Notes: generated by a model not told the origin, from the letters alone. A stretch of 30,805 nucleotides of DNA from an uncultured virus (IMG/VR IMGVR_UViG_3300037418_000929) (IMGVR_UViG_3300037418_000929); one strand, 5' to 3'. Numbered from the stretch's first letter, positions 1 through 9,820 are shown. Numbers and translations are program-made.

Positions 1-2
1 AG

Positions 3-845
3 AACTCTCCGGATAAACTCAAGGAGTGTCTGTTTCTCGGTGACACCTTGATGCTGTTCGGTACGGAAACTGTTGAGTTCTGGCCCGCGTCTTCCAGTAA
101 TCCCGATCTTCCGTACACACCTCTCGTAGGTCGTACGTTTCAGGTTGGCATCCGCGACACAGGCTGTGCGTCGCTGTTCAAAGGCACGTTCGCTTGGATT
201 ACCAACCACAATCAGATTTGTGTAGGTGACGCCAACAACGTCATCTCTAATCCCTCGCTAGAGGAGAAGATTACTGACAGTGTAACTGCTAAGCTGTGGT
301 CTTTTCATCTAGAAGGAACAGAGTTCTTGGCTGTCACTCTTGACGACAGCACTTGGGTGTTCGCTTCTACGGCGAGCCAGTGGAGTGTGTTCGAGAGTTA
401 CGGGGAGGGTAATTGGATTCCTCGATGCTACGCCAACGGGGTATTCGGTTCGGGAGTTGACGGACGGTTGATCCAGTGGAGTAACGATCACGCAGACTTC
501 GGGGAAATCTTAGAGCGTCGATTCCGAGCTGGAATGCCGCTGACGGCTGAAAGCACTCCGCTCAGCAGCGTACTACTTCGTACCAATCCCGGCCACACAA
601 GTTATCTAACTGGCGACTACTCCAATCCGACGGTAGAACTCCGTACGTCTAAAGACGGTGGGTACACGTGGAGTGATTGGAAGCAAAGGTCTCTCGGAGC
701 TGTAGGAAAGTACAGGACGTCCGTGATGTGGCGTTCTTTGGGCTTCTTTTCGTTTCCTGCGATGATGGTTGAAATTCGCGTTACCGATCCGGTTCCGTTC
801 AGAGTTTCCGGAGTTGTGGCTAACGAAGGCTACGGCAGAGTATGA
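3..845 (+). CDS. P22 gp10-like DNA stabilization / tail hub protein (5'-truncated by window edge)
   Basis: Frame is open from position 3 (NSPDKLKECLFLGDTLMLFGTETVEFW). C-terminal SKDGGYTWS...SLGAVGKY...WRSLG...RVTDPV is typical of this family. Confidence 0.85.
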   Translation, partial: NSPDKLKECLFLGDTLMLFGTETVEFWPASSSNPDLPYTPLVGRTFQVGIRDTGCASLFKGTFAWITNHNQICVGDANNVISNPSLEEKITDSVTAKLWSFHLEGTEFLAVTLDDSTWVFASTASQWSVFESYGEGNWIPRCYANGVFGSGVDGRLIQWSNDHADFGEILERRFRAGMPLTAESTPLSSVLLRTNPGHTSYLTGDYSNPTVELRTSKDGGYTWSDWKQRSLGAVGKYRTSVMWRSLGFFSFPAMMVEIRVTDPVPFRVSGVVANEGYGRV

Positions 846-1510
846 GTTTAACTCTTCCGCGCTTTCAGGAAATGGCTGAACTAGTAGATCAGTACGGTCG
901 CCCGACTATGGCTTTCCACATCTGGTGGGACAACTTCGCTTCTGCTATTGAAAGCAGTTTCAACAATCTCGCTGACATCGTTACTGACATTCAGACTTTG
1001 CAGACTCAGCAAACTGCAATCCTAAGTGACTTGGCCGATCAGCTGGCTCAAATCGAAGCGGCTCAGGCAGCTGCCGACGCAGCTCAAACTACGGCAGATA
1101 CAGCTCAGAGTACCGCGAATACGGTTAACCGCAACGACTCCATCTCGACCTCGTGGACCTCGCCGGGAACGATTCTTTCGGCCTCTGACACGGGTTCGGC
1201 CGCTAGGATTACAGTCTCCGGTCACACACGGAAGTACACCGACGTTTCGTCCAAGTCCGTCACAGGCGGTAACATCAACGGCCTGAACTACTCGACAACC
1301 TATTACGTTTACTACGACGACACGAACCGTTCAGGTGGTTCTCAGGTTTATCACGCCACGACCAACCCGAACACGGCTCTTCCGGGGGCTGCTGCGGGAC
1401 GACACTACTGTGGTGTGATCACCACTCCGGCTGCCGGTGGCGGCTCGACCAGCGGTGGTGTTGACGCCCCGTCTGGCGGTGGAGGCGTTCAGGGAGGACA
1501 AATCCCATAA
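842..1510 (+). CDS. Tail needle/spike-like structural protein
   Basis: ATGA overlap with gp10-like gene; N-terminal coiled coil (Q/A/T rich) then Gly/Ser/Thr beta-rich domain; occupies the P22 gp26 position. Confidence 0.6.
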   Translation: MSLTLPRFQEMAELVDQYGRPTMAFHIWWDNFASAIESSFNNLADIVTDIQTLQTQQTAILSDLADQLAQIEAAQAAADAAQTTADTAQSTANTVNRNDSISTSWTSPGTILSASDTGSAARITVSGHTRKYTDVSSKSVTGGNINGLNYSTTYYVYYDDTNRSGGSQVYHATTNPNTALPGAAAGRHYCGVITTPAAGGGSTSGGVDAPSGGGGVQGGQIP

Positions 1511-1953
1511 AGGTTGAAACCAGAAAAGACTGGGACTTGTTGATTGAAGCCACCGAATGCAACAGGGACTTCGTTCCAGTCAGTGATTTAGAGATTTGGT
1601 GGAATCTCCCGCACAACATAATGTTCATCTCGGGAGACAACGTAGGACTGGCTACGCACGAGTATCCCGGAATGTACAGCGTACACTGGTACTACCAGTC
1701 AGCGAGGAGCCGAAAGGCTATCGACCTCGGTAAGGAAATGTGCCGCCTGCTGTTCGAGGAACACGGGGCACAGTGTTTGAGAGGGTTGATTAAAGATCAC
1801 CTCAAAGCCTCTCGGTGGGCGTGTAGACAACTTGGTTTCAAATCACAAGGGTTAGTAGAGTTTCCCAACAACGACGTGAACGAGCTTTTCATAGCTACAA
1901 AGAAAGAATTCTTAGAAGGACTGAAGAAGAACAAAAATGGGTACTGTAGGTAA
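1507..1953 (+). CDS. GNAT-fold virion assembly protein (P22 gp14-like position); start ATA 1507 or TTG 1537
   Basis: C-terminal ASRWACRQLGFKSQG resembles the GNAT end motif; lies between needle and ejection genes. Confidence 0.65.
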   Translation: MKVETRKDWDLLIEATECNRDFVPVSDLEIWWNLPHNIMFISGDNVGLATHEYPGMYSVHWYYQSARSRKAIDLGKEMCRLLFEEHGAQCLRGLIKDHLKASRWACRQLGFKSQGLVEFPNNDVNELFIATKKEFLEGLKKNKNGYCR

Positions 1954-3223
1954 TTTCCTTTTCGGAGGAAGTCAGCAAAAGCAGAAGAGTACGAACACCA
2001 GTTCGTCTACGTCTTCCAATCAGTCGTCTAACAGCAACGTTCAGGCGTCACAGAGTTCTAGTAATCAAAACTCAGCTAGTGGCAGTGCCAATCGGTCTTA
2101 CGATGCGCTGGCTTCGGCTTTAACTCCGTCACTGGGGTACGTCTCCAGTGCGGGCAACATGCTCGGGGCTCTTCTCGGCTTGCCTCAGTCCACCTTCAAC
2201 TACACCCCTCCTGCACCGTCTGTTCTTCCGGCTAATGCGGGCGGCTCAAGTGGTGGTGGCGGAGCCAACCGAAATATAATCAACACTCTTCTCAAGAGGT
2301 ACATGGCGGGCACACCAGCCGCTCCTGCTCCGGCCCCTAATCCCTATCCGGTTCCTCTTCCCTCCGGAGGCAGTTACGTACCTGTTTCTTACGGCCCTAA
2401 CGACACAGGTGAACTCGGGAGCAAGGGAGAGCGACTGCCTGTTCCAATCAACACCGGAGAGCACGTTCAGTACAGGGCTGCCGGTGGTCCCGTTCAGGCA
2501 GGACAGCCTTACGTCGTAGGTGAAAAGCGGCCTGAGTTGTTCGTTCCTCACACTGACGGCACGATAATTCCTTCAGTACCGCAGACTATGGCTGCTCCGG
2601 CAACTCCACAAGTTACGACTACAGCCCCGCTTAGTTTACGTGATTTGACTAAACACCAGCCTCGCGGAGTTCGAGGCGGGCCGATTACTGTGCCTCCGGT
2701 GACGACTCCCCCTGTCACGACTCCCCCTGTCACGACTCCTCCGGCACCCACGACACCGCCGCCTCAGCCGGTATACAACCCTGCGGCCCCTAATCCCACA
2801 GACGCACTCAACACGTTCGCCAACTCGGCGGGAATGAACTTCATTCTTGACCAAGGACAGAAGGCTCTTTCGGGGGCGTCTGCGGCTAACGGCGTGTTTA
2901 ACTCCGGAGCAACCGGCAAAGCGTTAACCCAGTACGGGCAGCAACTCGGCAGTCAATATCTCGGGAACTACATGGACAAACTTCTTGACTACGCCAAACT
3001 CGGTCTTGGTTCGGCCGGTGCCCTTAGTGGTGCTGGTGGAATTAGCCAGAGCACAGGTAGCGGAGGCTCGAACAGCACCTCGTTCGGTTACGGCTCAGGT
3101 CTGTCAACTGGTACGTCCAGCAGCAACAGCACAGGGACTTCTTCTGGTTCTGGTAACTCTAAGAACGGATTGGTTCCGGCACTGACTAGGGCTGCGGCTA
3201 CCGCCGTTGCGGCAGGAGCTTAA
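1937..3223 (+). CDS. DNA ejection/pilot protein (P22 gp7-like)
   Basis: Ser/Gly-rich ends; motif ASAANG..NSGATGKALTQYGQQLGSQYLGNYMDKL; synteny. Confidence 0.7.
   Translation: MGTVGNFLFGGSQQKQKSTNTSSSTSSNQSSNSNVQASQSSSNQNSASGSANRSYDALASALTPSLGYVSSAGNMLGALLGLPQSTFNYTPPAPSVLPANAGGSSGGGGANRNIINTLLKRYMAGTPAAPAPAPNPYPVPLPSGGSYVPVSYGPNDTGELGSKGERLPVPINTGEHVQYRAAGGPVQAGQPYVVGEKRPELFVPHTDGTIIPSVPQTMAAPATPQVTTTAPLSLRDLTKHQPRGVRGGPITVPPVTTPPVTTPPVTTPPAPTTPPPQPVYNPAAPNPTDALNTFANSAGMNFILDQGQKALSGASAANGVFNSGATGKALTQYGQQLGSQYLGNYMDKLLDYAKLGLGSAGALSGAGGISQSTGSGGSNSTSFGYGSGLSTGTSSSNSTGTSSGSGNSKNGLVPALTRAAATAVAAGA
2693..2746 (+). repeat. 15-bp coding tandem repeat (PPVTT x3 plus partial)
   Basis: cctccggtgacgact / ccccctgtcacgact / ccccctgtcacgact / cctccggca. 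Confidence 0.9.
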
Positions 3224-3227
3224 CTAA

Positions 3228-4385
3228 ATGGGTAATCCTAACAAAGACGCCCTGCTTCAAATCGCGATGGGTGACGACACCACCCCGATGGTTCAGCTAA
3301 TGAGCGATCCGTTGGCTGGAATGATAGCCAACAACGGAGCTGTCGCTAGTCAAATTGGTTTGAGTCAGGCTACTCCTGACGCATCTCAAGCTGGTGCTCC
3401 CGTACCTCAGCCAGACCAAGGTGGTGGTTTAATGCCGACCATGCTAGGCCAGTCTGCTCCTCAGCCCGCTGACAATCAGTACACGGACTTCGATCCTTCG
3501 GACGTGGCTAAGTCTGTTCCTCAAATCGGCAGCGAAGACGACGACTCTCTTTCGATTTCTCCTGCGTTCAAACCGCACCAGCTAAGCACTCTCGGACACA
3601 TCGCAGACATTTTCCTGTCTGGTTTGCTGAGTAAGCACAACAACGACCGCAACATGCGCGAGGCGGTACAGGGGTTCACCAAAGACCCTGAACAGGTAAT
3701 CAGACGTATCGCTACGTTCAACCCTAAGTTGGCTCTTGATCTTCAAGAAAGGTACGTAGACAACCAGCGTCAGCAAATGAACGTTGACAAAAGCCTCAGA
3801 GCGCAGAACCTAATTGTAGACAAGTACGTTAGGGACCGTGCTGCCAGCATGGCTAACACACTCAGTAACTACAAAGACCCCACTAAGGCTCAGCAAATTT
3901 GGCCAACGCTTCGAAAGAGAATCATCGCTTTTGGGAACAACAGCGGTGTTGACTTGAGTTCTGAACTACCTGAAAACTACAGCGACTTCGACGTTAACTC
4001 GTTTGTTGCTGGTGGGATGTCCGTGCCTCAGGCTGAGCGCATCAAGCAGGGCGAACGCAAACTTGATCAGGGCGACAGACGCCTCGATCAAGGCGAAATG
4101 AGGCTTGAGCAGACTGGTGCCGATACGGAAAGCAGGATTGACGCCCGTGTTGCCAGAACTAGTCAGGGGCAGCAGCGTCTCGATCAGAGTGCAGCCAATC
4201 AGGCACAGTCAATTAAGAACAAGAACGACACCATCGCTAGGAAGTACGGTCTGCCGGTCGATCCCGCAGAGGGCTTTGCAAAGATCAGCCCTGACGGAAA
4301 ACGCGGACTGAAGTTCCACAACGGTCGTTGGATGCGTTTCGAGCGTGGTTCAGACGGAAACCTTCATCCGATAGGATACCTGTAA
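3228..4385 (+). CDS. DNA ejection / internal virion protein
   Basis: AGGAG SD; Gln-rich helical protein with QG.R.LD heptads; lies between two other ejection genes. Confidence 0.6.
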   Translation: MGNPNKDALLQIAMGDDTTPMVQLMSDPLAGMIANNGAVASQIGLSQATPDASQAGAPVPQPDQGGGLMPTMLGQSAPQPADNQYTDFDPSDVAKSVPQIGSEDDDSLSISPAFKPHQLSTLGHIADIFLSGLLSKHNNDRNMREAVQGFTKDPEQVIRRIATFNPKLALDLQERYVDNQRQQMNVDKSLRAQNLIVDKYVRDRAASMANTLSNYKDPTKAQQIWPTLRKRIIAFGNNSGVDLSSELPENYSDFDVNSFVAGGMSVPQAERIKQGERKLDQGDRRLDQGEMRLEQTGADTESRIDARVARTSQGQQRLDQSAANQAQSIKNKNDTIARKYGLPVDPAEGFAKISPDGKRGLKFHNGRWMRFERGSDGNLHPIGYL

Positions 4386-4388
4386 AAC

Positions 4389-7300
4389 TTGGCTAGTCTT
4401 TGGGACGACCCCGACATTTGGGGTGACAACAAAAGTGGAAAGAAGACTGCTCTAGGGCGGCTGGCAGACTCCGTAACTAACACCCTCGCCAACATTGGTG
4501 AAGGGGCGGTTCACGCCGTACCGGATACCCTTGGGTTCCTAGGCGACATTCTTCAGAGCGGTGCATACCTAAGGCGGGGCAATCTCTCTGCCATGAGTAT
4601 CCCGGGAACTGGTCCGATTTCTCAGGCAGTCCAGAAGTCGTTCAGCGAGGCTGAAGACAAGTACACCAAAGGCCAAACCCCTAAGCCTAAGAACAAAGTT
4701 GACGAGTACGCCAACAACATCAGTCGCGGTATCGCTGACGCCATGATGGGGGGTGGGCCGGAAACTGCTGTGCCCGCTTTGCTTTCCGGTGCCGCCGGTG
4801 GTGCAGCCGCCCTGGGTACGTACGACCTAACTGGAAACAACACCCTAGCTACTTTGGCCGGTTTGACAGCCGGTATTGCGGCTCCGGGTGCCCACGCGTA
4901 CTTCAGCAGCCCCGCTCGGATGATCGCTCGCGGTGCGTCCTACCCTAACTTCTCGTTTCTCGTGCGTACGGTAGAAGACCTCGAAAGAGGTGGAACCCTC
5001 GACAACCCGAAGGTCAATCCGAAATCCGGGGCGATGGGAGTGATGCAGGTTACTCCGGAGACGGCTCGTCAGCCGGGATACGGTATTCGTCCGTGGAACG
5101 GAAAGGATCAGACTGACCTAGCCCGAGTAGGTCGTCAGAAGCTGGCCGCTCTAAACGGTAAGTACGGCGGTGACACCGACAAGGTTCTCGCTGCGTACAA
5201 CTGGGGTGAAGGAAATCTCGACAGGGCTATTAAGAAGTACGGAGACGACTGGTACTCCCACGCCCCCCACGAGACGCAGAACTACGTAGCCAACGGTGCT
5301 CGTCAGCCAGGCGAAGGTGGAAGTGTTGGTGGTCCGGTCCGTTCTATGGAGTCAGAGGACATTGCCTCGGCGTTGGGGAACAAGCAGGCGGAAGACCTAC
5401 AAGACCTTGCGTCTGTTACGCAAATTCCGGACGACAACATTATTCAAGGGCGCTTTGGACATCCTTTTGAAACTCTTCAGGACCAAATTGATGCTGTGGG
5501 TAGGTCAGGAGAAACACACCCTCGAACTAAATGGGATGGTGCTTTAGATCAATTAGAAGCTAATTATAAAGCGGGACGAATTTCTGAAGAAGAGTTTGAT
5601 GCTCAGTTGAATCGAATCGGCCGTCAATTTTCTGACGAATCTCAGTCCCAAAATGTTCTAACCCCTGCTGAACGGCAGGACATGGATGCCTCAGTTCCCA
5701 CTCAGCCGGTAGATAACACCGGTTACGAGAAGTACACTCCGTACGTTGAAGAGCCTCCCGCTCCGGCTAATGATGTCGAAGGCAAGTCTCCAATGGATTT
5801 GGAGCTGGAGAATAGGGTTAATACGCCCGAAAACATTGCTGGAGCTAAGGACGTTTGGGATAAGGCGCATGAAGATTACATGTCGCAGTTCCAACAGCCA
5901 GACGATTACAATTCGGCTTTGATTCGCCAAAGGGGCGGAACTGGTCGCAAGTTCACAATGTCACCTGATGATTTTCAGGCAGCTCTGGATCATGCTGACG
6001 AAGCAGTTCACAAATACTGGCAAGACAAGGTAGACACAGCCAAAGCCGATTTAGATAAGGAGGGCTTCGGAAGTGGCGGACAAGAGCCTCCGAATGAACC
6101 ACCTTCGGGCGGTGATGGAACAGGTCCGACTGACGGTGGTGAAGAGCCCCCTGTCTCTCGCTCTGACGAAGAGCTGACTGACAAGCTCGCCCTCACTGTA
6201 AAGAACGCCAAGCCTCTTCGTGAGCAGCAGGAAAGCCTGTACCACAAAGAACGCTCCAAGCGACTGAAGGCCATGCAAGACGCCGCGAAGATGACTTCCG
6301 GCGAGGACAGAGTTCGTGCCCGCCTCTCGGCTCTCGGTGGCGATCTTCCTAAAGTTGACTACGAAGGTGTTCGAGGACAGTTCTCCCAAGAAGAGATCAA
6401 CCGCCTGAACGACATCATTGAGGAACACCCCCGTCTCGGAGACTTCGACAAAGTACACGCCGAAGCCGGGTTGAAGAAACTCCTCGAAGGTTCAGTACCG
6501 ACCCACGGTGAACTCCGTCTGTTGGCCGAGGCTTTCCCCGACAAAGTAATCAAGGCGATTCTAGATAAGCGAGAGTTCGGAGAGAAGTTCAACGACTTCA
6601 TCCTGAACGCCTCTTCAGCCAGCCGTGCCCTTCGAGCTTCGGGAGACCTTTCTGCACCACTTCGTCAGGGTATCAACCTAATCGGTACTAAGGCGTTCTG
6701 GAAGAGTTTCTTCACGATGTTCAAGTCGATGGGGAAAGAAGGCTTCGAAGCCGTACAGAACGAAATCGCCAGTCGCCCTACGTTTCCGCTGATGCAGCGT
6801 TCGGGATTGGCCATTACCAAGGTCAGTCGAATTCTCGACGACCGAGAGGAAATGTTCCTTTCTACTTGGGCGGAAAAGCTTCCTCACGTCAAGTACTCAG
6901 AACGGGCGTACATCGCCTTCCTCAACAAGCTCCGTGCCGACACTTTCGACAGCCTAGTTAAGCAGTCGTACGCAGCCGGTATCGACTTCAGAGAGAGTCC
7001 GAAAGCTTTGAAGGACATTGCCACGTACGTTAACAACGCCACCGGAAGAGGCTCTCTCGGCCAACTGGCTGGCTCTTACAAACTCTTGAACGCCACGTTG
7101 TTCGCTCCACGCCTCATGGCTTCGAGGGCGAAGATGCTTACGTGGTTCTTTAACCCGAGCTTCTACACGACGTTGAATCCTGTAGTCCGTCGGGCTTACA
7201 TCAGTAACATGATTAAGATGGGGGGAATAGTCGGAACTGCTGTGGGGCTCGCCAAGATGGGCGGCCTAGGAGTCGACGTGGACCCGAGGAGCAGTGACTT

Positions 7301-7814
7301 CGGTAAGGTTAAAGTGGGGAATACTCGGTTCGACCCGTGGGGCGGCTACCAGCAGTACGTTCGACTGGCTTCCGTACTGGTAGCCGGTGAGAAAGTCAGT
7401 CCAACCACCGGAGCCGTGACTTCACTTACAGACGGCAAGTTCGGACACGGTACTCGCTTCGATGCTGTCGTTGACTTCTTGCGCAACAAGGAGTCGCCTA
7501 TGGCCAGTATCGTAGACGATCTCCTCAGTCTTCCGAAGGACAGGTTCGGACAGAAGATCACCCCCACGAAAGAAGCAATTAATCTGTTCGTCCCGATGGT
7601 TGAAGAGGACATTCGACAGGCTTGGCAGGACAATCACGCAGCCGGAATAGCTGCCGGTCCTGCTGCGATGTTCGGTGTTGGAGTACAGACTTATCAGCCT
7701 AAGGAGCCGAAGACTGGGACGAAAGACCCGTTCAGCGATCCTGCTTTGTGGGGGGGTGCCTCTCCGACCACTAAAGACCCGTTTAGCGATCCTAGTATTT
7801 GGAGTGGGCAGTGA
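4389..7814 (+). CDS. Large internal virion/ejection protein with SLT-type lytic transglycosylase domain
   Basis: LERGG...SGAMGVMQVTPETA...LAAYNWGEG...ETQNYV motifs; 1141 aa. Confidence 0.85.
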   Translation: MASLWDDPDIWGDNKSGKKTALGRLADSVTNTLANIGEGAVHAVPDTLGFLGDILQSGAYLRRGNLSAMSIPGTGPISQAVQKSFSEAEDKYTKGQTPKPKNKVDEYANNISRGIADAMMGGGPETAVPALLSGAAGGAAALGTYDLTGNNTLATLAGLTAGIAAPGAHAYFSSPARMIARGASYPNFSFLVRTVEDLERGGTLDNPKVNPKSGAMGVMQVTPETARQPGYGIRPWNGKDQTDLARVGRQKLAALNGKYGGDTDKVLAAYNWGEGNLDRAIKKYGDDWYSHAPHETQNYVANGARQPGEGGSVGGPVRSMESEDIASALGNKQAEDLQDLASVTQIPDDNIIQGRFGHPFETLQDQIDAVGRSGETHPRTKWDGALDQLEANYKAGRISEEEFDAQLNRIGRQFSDESQSQNVLTPAERQDMDASVPTQPVDNTGYEKYTPYVEEPPAPANDVEGKSPMDLELENRVNTPENIAGAKDVWDKAHEDYMSQFQQPDDYNSALIRQRGGTGRKFTMSPDDFQAALDHADEAVHKYWQDKVDTAKADLDKEGFGSGGQEPPNEPPSGGDGTGPTDGGEEPPVSRSDEELTDKLALTVKNAKPLREQQESLYHKERSKRLKAMQDAAKMTSGEDRVRARLSALGGDLPKVDYEGVRGQFSQEEINRLNDIIEEHPRLGDFDKVHAEAGLKKLLEGSVPTHGELRLLAEAFPDKVIKAILDKREFGEKFNDFILNASSASRALRASGDLSAPLRQGINLIGTKAFWKSFFTMFKSMGKEGFEAVQNEIASRPTFPLMQRSGLAITKVSRILDDREEMFLSTWAEKLPHVKYSERAYIAFLNKLRADTFDSLVKQSYAAGIDFRESPKALKDIATYVNNATGRGSLGQLAGSYKLLNATLFAPRLMASRAKMLTWFFNPSFYTTLNPVVRRAYISNMIKMGGIVGTAVGLAKMGGLGVDVDPRSSDFGKVKVGNTRFDPWGGYQQYVRLASVLVAGEKVSPTTGAVTSLTDGKFGHGTRFDAVVDFLRNKESPMASIVDDLLSLPKDRFGQKITPTKEAINLFVPMVEEDIRQAWQDNHAAGIAAGPAAMFGVGVQTYQPKEPKTGTKDPFSDPALWGGASPTTKDPFSDPSIWSGQ

Positions 7815-8005
7815 AGTTAACAGAGTTGGAGCGTATTACAGCCGTGGAAGTCAGACTGACCACCCTCGAAGAGAAGATGGACAAGATGGACAAGAAGCTG
7901 GACGACCTTCTGGCTCTTCGCAACAAAGGTGCGGGTGTCCTGTGGTTCTTCGGCCCCGTCGGCCTAGTAATACTAGAACTAATACACTACTTTTGGAGTA
8001 AGTAA
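7811..8005 (+). CDS. Small coiled-coil protein with C-terminal TM helix (holin-like/lysis accessory)
   Basis: GTGA overlap with upstream stop, GGAG SD; ERITAVEVRLTTLEEK coiled coil followed by hydrophobic segment. Confidence 0.6.
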   Translation: MKLTELERITAVEVRLTTLEEKMDKMDKKLDDLLALRNKGAGVLWFFGPVGLVILELIHYFWSK

Positions 8006-8008
8006 ATC

Positions 8009-8473
8009 ATGGCAATACCGTTTCTGGACATTGCTAACATCCTCGGCCAAGTGATCGACAGGGTAGTCCCCGATCCTCAGGCTAAGATGGACCTACAACT
8101 TCAGTTGGCTAAGCTGGCCGATCAAGACGCACAGCGAGAGCACGACGAGAACATGGGTCAAATCCAAACTAACATTGCGGAGGCCAACAACAGGTCGGTC
8201 TTCGTTGCTGGCTGGCGTCCGTTCATCGGGTGGGGCTGCGGTGGGGCACTTCTGTACAACACCCTGTTCGCTCCGCTGTTCCACTTTCAAGTGGCTGACT
8301 TAGGCTTCCTTCAGACTATTCTCATGGCGATGCTCGGCCTCGGGGCCATGCGCTCGTACGACAAGGCCAAGGGGACGTCCAACGACGTGCTTCCTATCCT
8401 GCCCCCTAAGTCGGCGGAGGTCCCGCAAGCCGCGCCCGGAAAAAAACGGAAGAAGTTTCTCGGCCTATTTTAG
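8009..8473 (+). CDS. Holin (3TM / GTA-type holin family)
   Basis: WRPFIGW motif, MLGLGAMRSYDK, basic C-terminus; directly before endolysin. Confidence 0.8.
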   Translation: MAIPFLDIANILGQVIDRVVPDPQAKMDLQLQLAKLADQDAQREHDENMGQIQTNIAEANNRSVFVAGWRPFIGWGCGGALLYNTLFAPLFHFQVADLGFLQTILMAMLGLGAMRSYDKAKGTSNDVLPILPPKSAEVPQAAPGKKRKKFLGLF

Positions 8474-8493
8474 CTGAGAGTAACTCCGTCAAG

Positions 8494-8922
8494 TTGATGC
8501 AGCCCTCAGAGGCTTGCTACGACTTAGTTAAACGATCAGAGGGGTGTCGTCTAAAGGCTTACAAGGATACCGGGGGCGTATGGACTATTGGCTACGGACA
8601 TACTCGTAACGTGCGTCCCGGCCAAACGATCAGTCCAAATGATGCTGTCGCCTTCCTTAAGGGCGATCTGCAAGCATCCGTTGAAGTAGTCAACAAGAAC
8701 GCGTTGCCTTGCACTCAAGGACAATTCGATGCGTTGGTAGATTTCGTCTTCAATCTCGGGGCTAAGCAATTCTTGTCCTCCACTCTTTTAAATAAACACA
8801 AAAAAGGCGACTACGAAGGAGCCGCCAAGGAATTTGGACGATGGGTCCACGACAACGGGAAAGTTCTACCCGGTTTGGTGAAACGACGTGAAGCAGAAAG
8901 GAAAATGTACGTTGGGTCTTAG
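8494..8922 (+). CDS. Endolysin, GH24 phage lysozyme
   Basis: E-x8-D-x5-T triad in SEGCRLKAYKDTGGVWTIGYGHT; QFDALVDFVFNLG; GLVKRREAE. Confidence 0.95.
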   Translation: MMQPSEACYDLVKRSEGCRLKAYKDTGGVWTIGYGHTRNVRPGQTISPNDAVAFLKGDLQASVEVVNKNALPCTQGQFDALVDFVFNLGAKQFLSSTLLNKHKKGDYEGAAKEFGRWVHDNGKVLPGLVKRREAERKMYVGS

Positions 8923-9559
8923 TGGTGTGTTGGCGTTGATTGGGTTGGTTTTAACGCCGTCGAGTACTTTCCAGCCTAAGGACGTTGACGTCCCGCCTTC
9001 CATGAACCTCAGTAACATCCACGCGATTTATTGTACGGACGGAGGCATGTTTTACCAAGGAACGGGTTTCCTGATTGCCAAGAACGTAATCGCCACGGCT
9101 AACCACGTGGCTGAAGATCAGACGTGCATAGACAAGACAACTGGTGAGCCGTTGAAGACGTACAAGACGGACAAGCGTCACGACTTCGCTTTGATGACTG
9201 AAGCAGCCGAGTCCGTCGGTCCGTACACCCGGTATTCCTGCCAGCGTCCTGATCCCGGCCAGTACTACATTTCGTACGGATGGTCGTCTCTCGGGATGCC
9301 TGACTTCTTTACCCCGATCCTTCGGAACAACAACCTGCTTTCGACTAAACGACACAGCAAAACCGGAGACGTGTCAAGTTTCCTTGACAGCTCCGGCATG
9401 AGAATTTACAACTTTCCGATTGCTGCTGGTACGTCAGGCGGGCCTGTGGCCGACATCTTCGGTAACGTAATCGCTATTAACAACGCAGGTAACGACGAGG
9501 AAACGTTGTTGTTTGACCTCGCCGATACCGCGCTGTGTACGGGTAAGTGGGATAAGTAG
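8912..9559 (+). CDS. Trypsin-like serine protease with N-terminal hydrophobic segment (start TTG 8912 or GTG 8888)
   Basis: GTGF, TANHV (His), HDFAL (Asp), GTSGGP (Ser); AAAGGA SD before TTG 8912. Confidence 0.85.
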   Translation: MGLSGVLALIGLVLTPSSTFQPKDVDVPPSMNLSNIHAIYCTDGGMFYQGTGFLIAKNVIATANHVAEDQTCIDKTTGEPLKTYKTDKRHDFALMTEAAESVGPYTRYSCQRPDPGQYYISYGWSSLGMPDFFTPILRNNNLLSTKRHSKTGDVSSFLDSSGMRIYNFPIAAGTSGGPVADIFGNVIAINNAGNDEETLLFDLADTALCTGKWDK

Positions 9560-9658
9560 GGTCCGGAGCTTTCCATTAGTCGAGATATTTACTCCGACAG
9601 GATTGTGCTTATCTCCGGCTTACGTCTTGGTGCACAGTCTTCGACCATCAGACCCCAT

Positions 9659-9820
9659 TTAATCTTGCGGAGCATCGCTAGGTTCGAACTGACTTTCGAA
9701 GTCCTCGAAGCTTAGGAAGAAAATGTTCTGATCGTTGGGGTAACACTGTCTGACAATTACCCCGTCGTTCATCAGCTTGGCGTCGTAAAGTAGCCAAGTT
9801 TCCTTATCCCTAAACCTCAC
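9659..9820 (-). CDS. Small hypothetical protein (about 53 aa)
   Basis: 3' part of the listed 157-aa ORF; GTG start overlaps the nrdJ end. Confidence 0.5.
   Translation of the reverse strand: MRFRDKETWLLYDAKLMNDGVIVRQCYPNDQNIFFLSFEDFESQFEPSDAPQD

Noticed and set aside
9560..9658. Bidirectional terminator at the convergence of the two arms
   Set aside because: Only an interrupted stem (CCGGAG/CTCCGG) with no U-tract on either strand.
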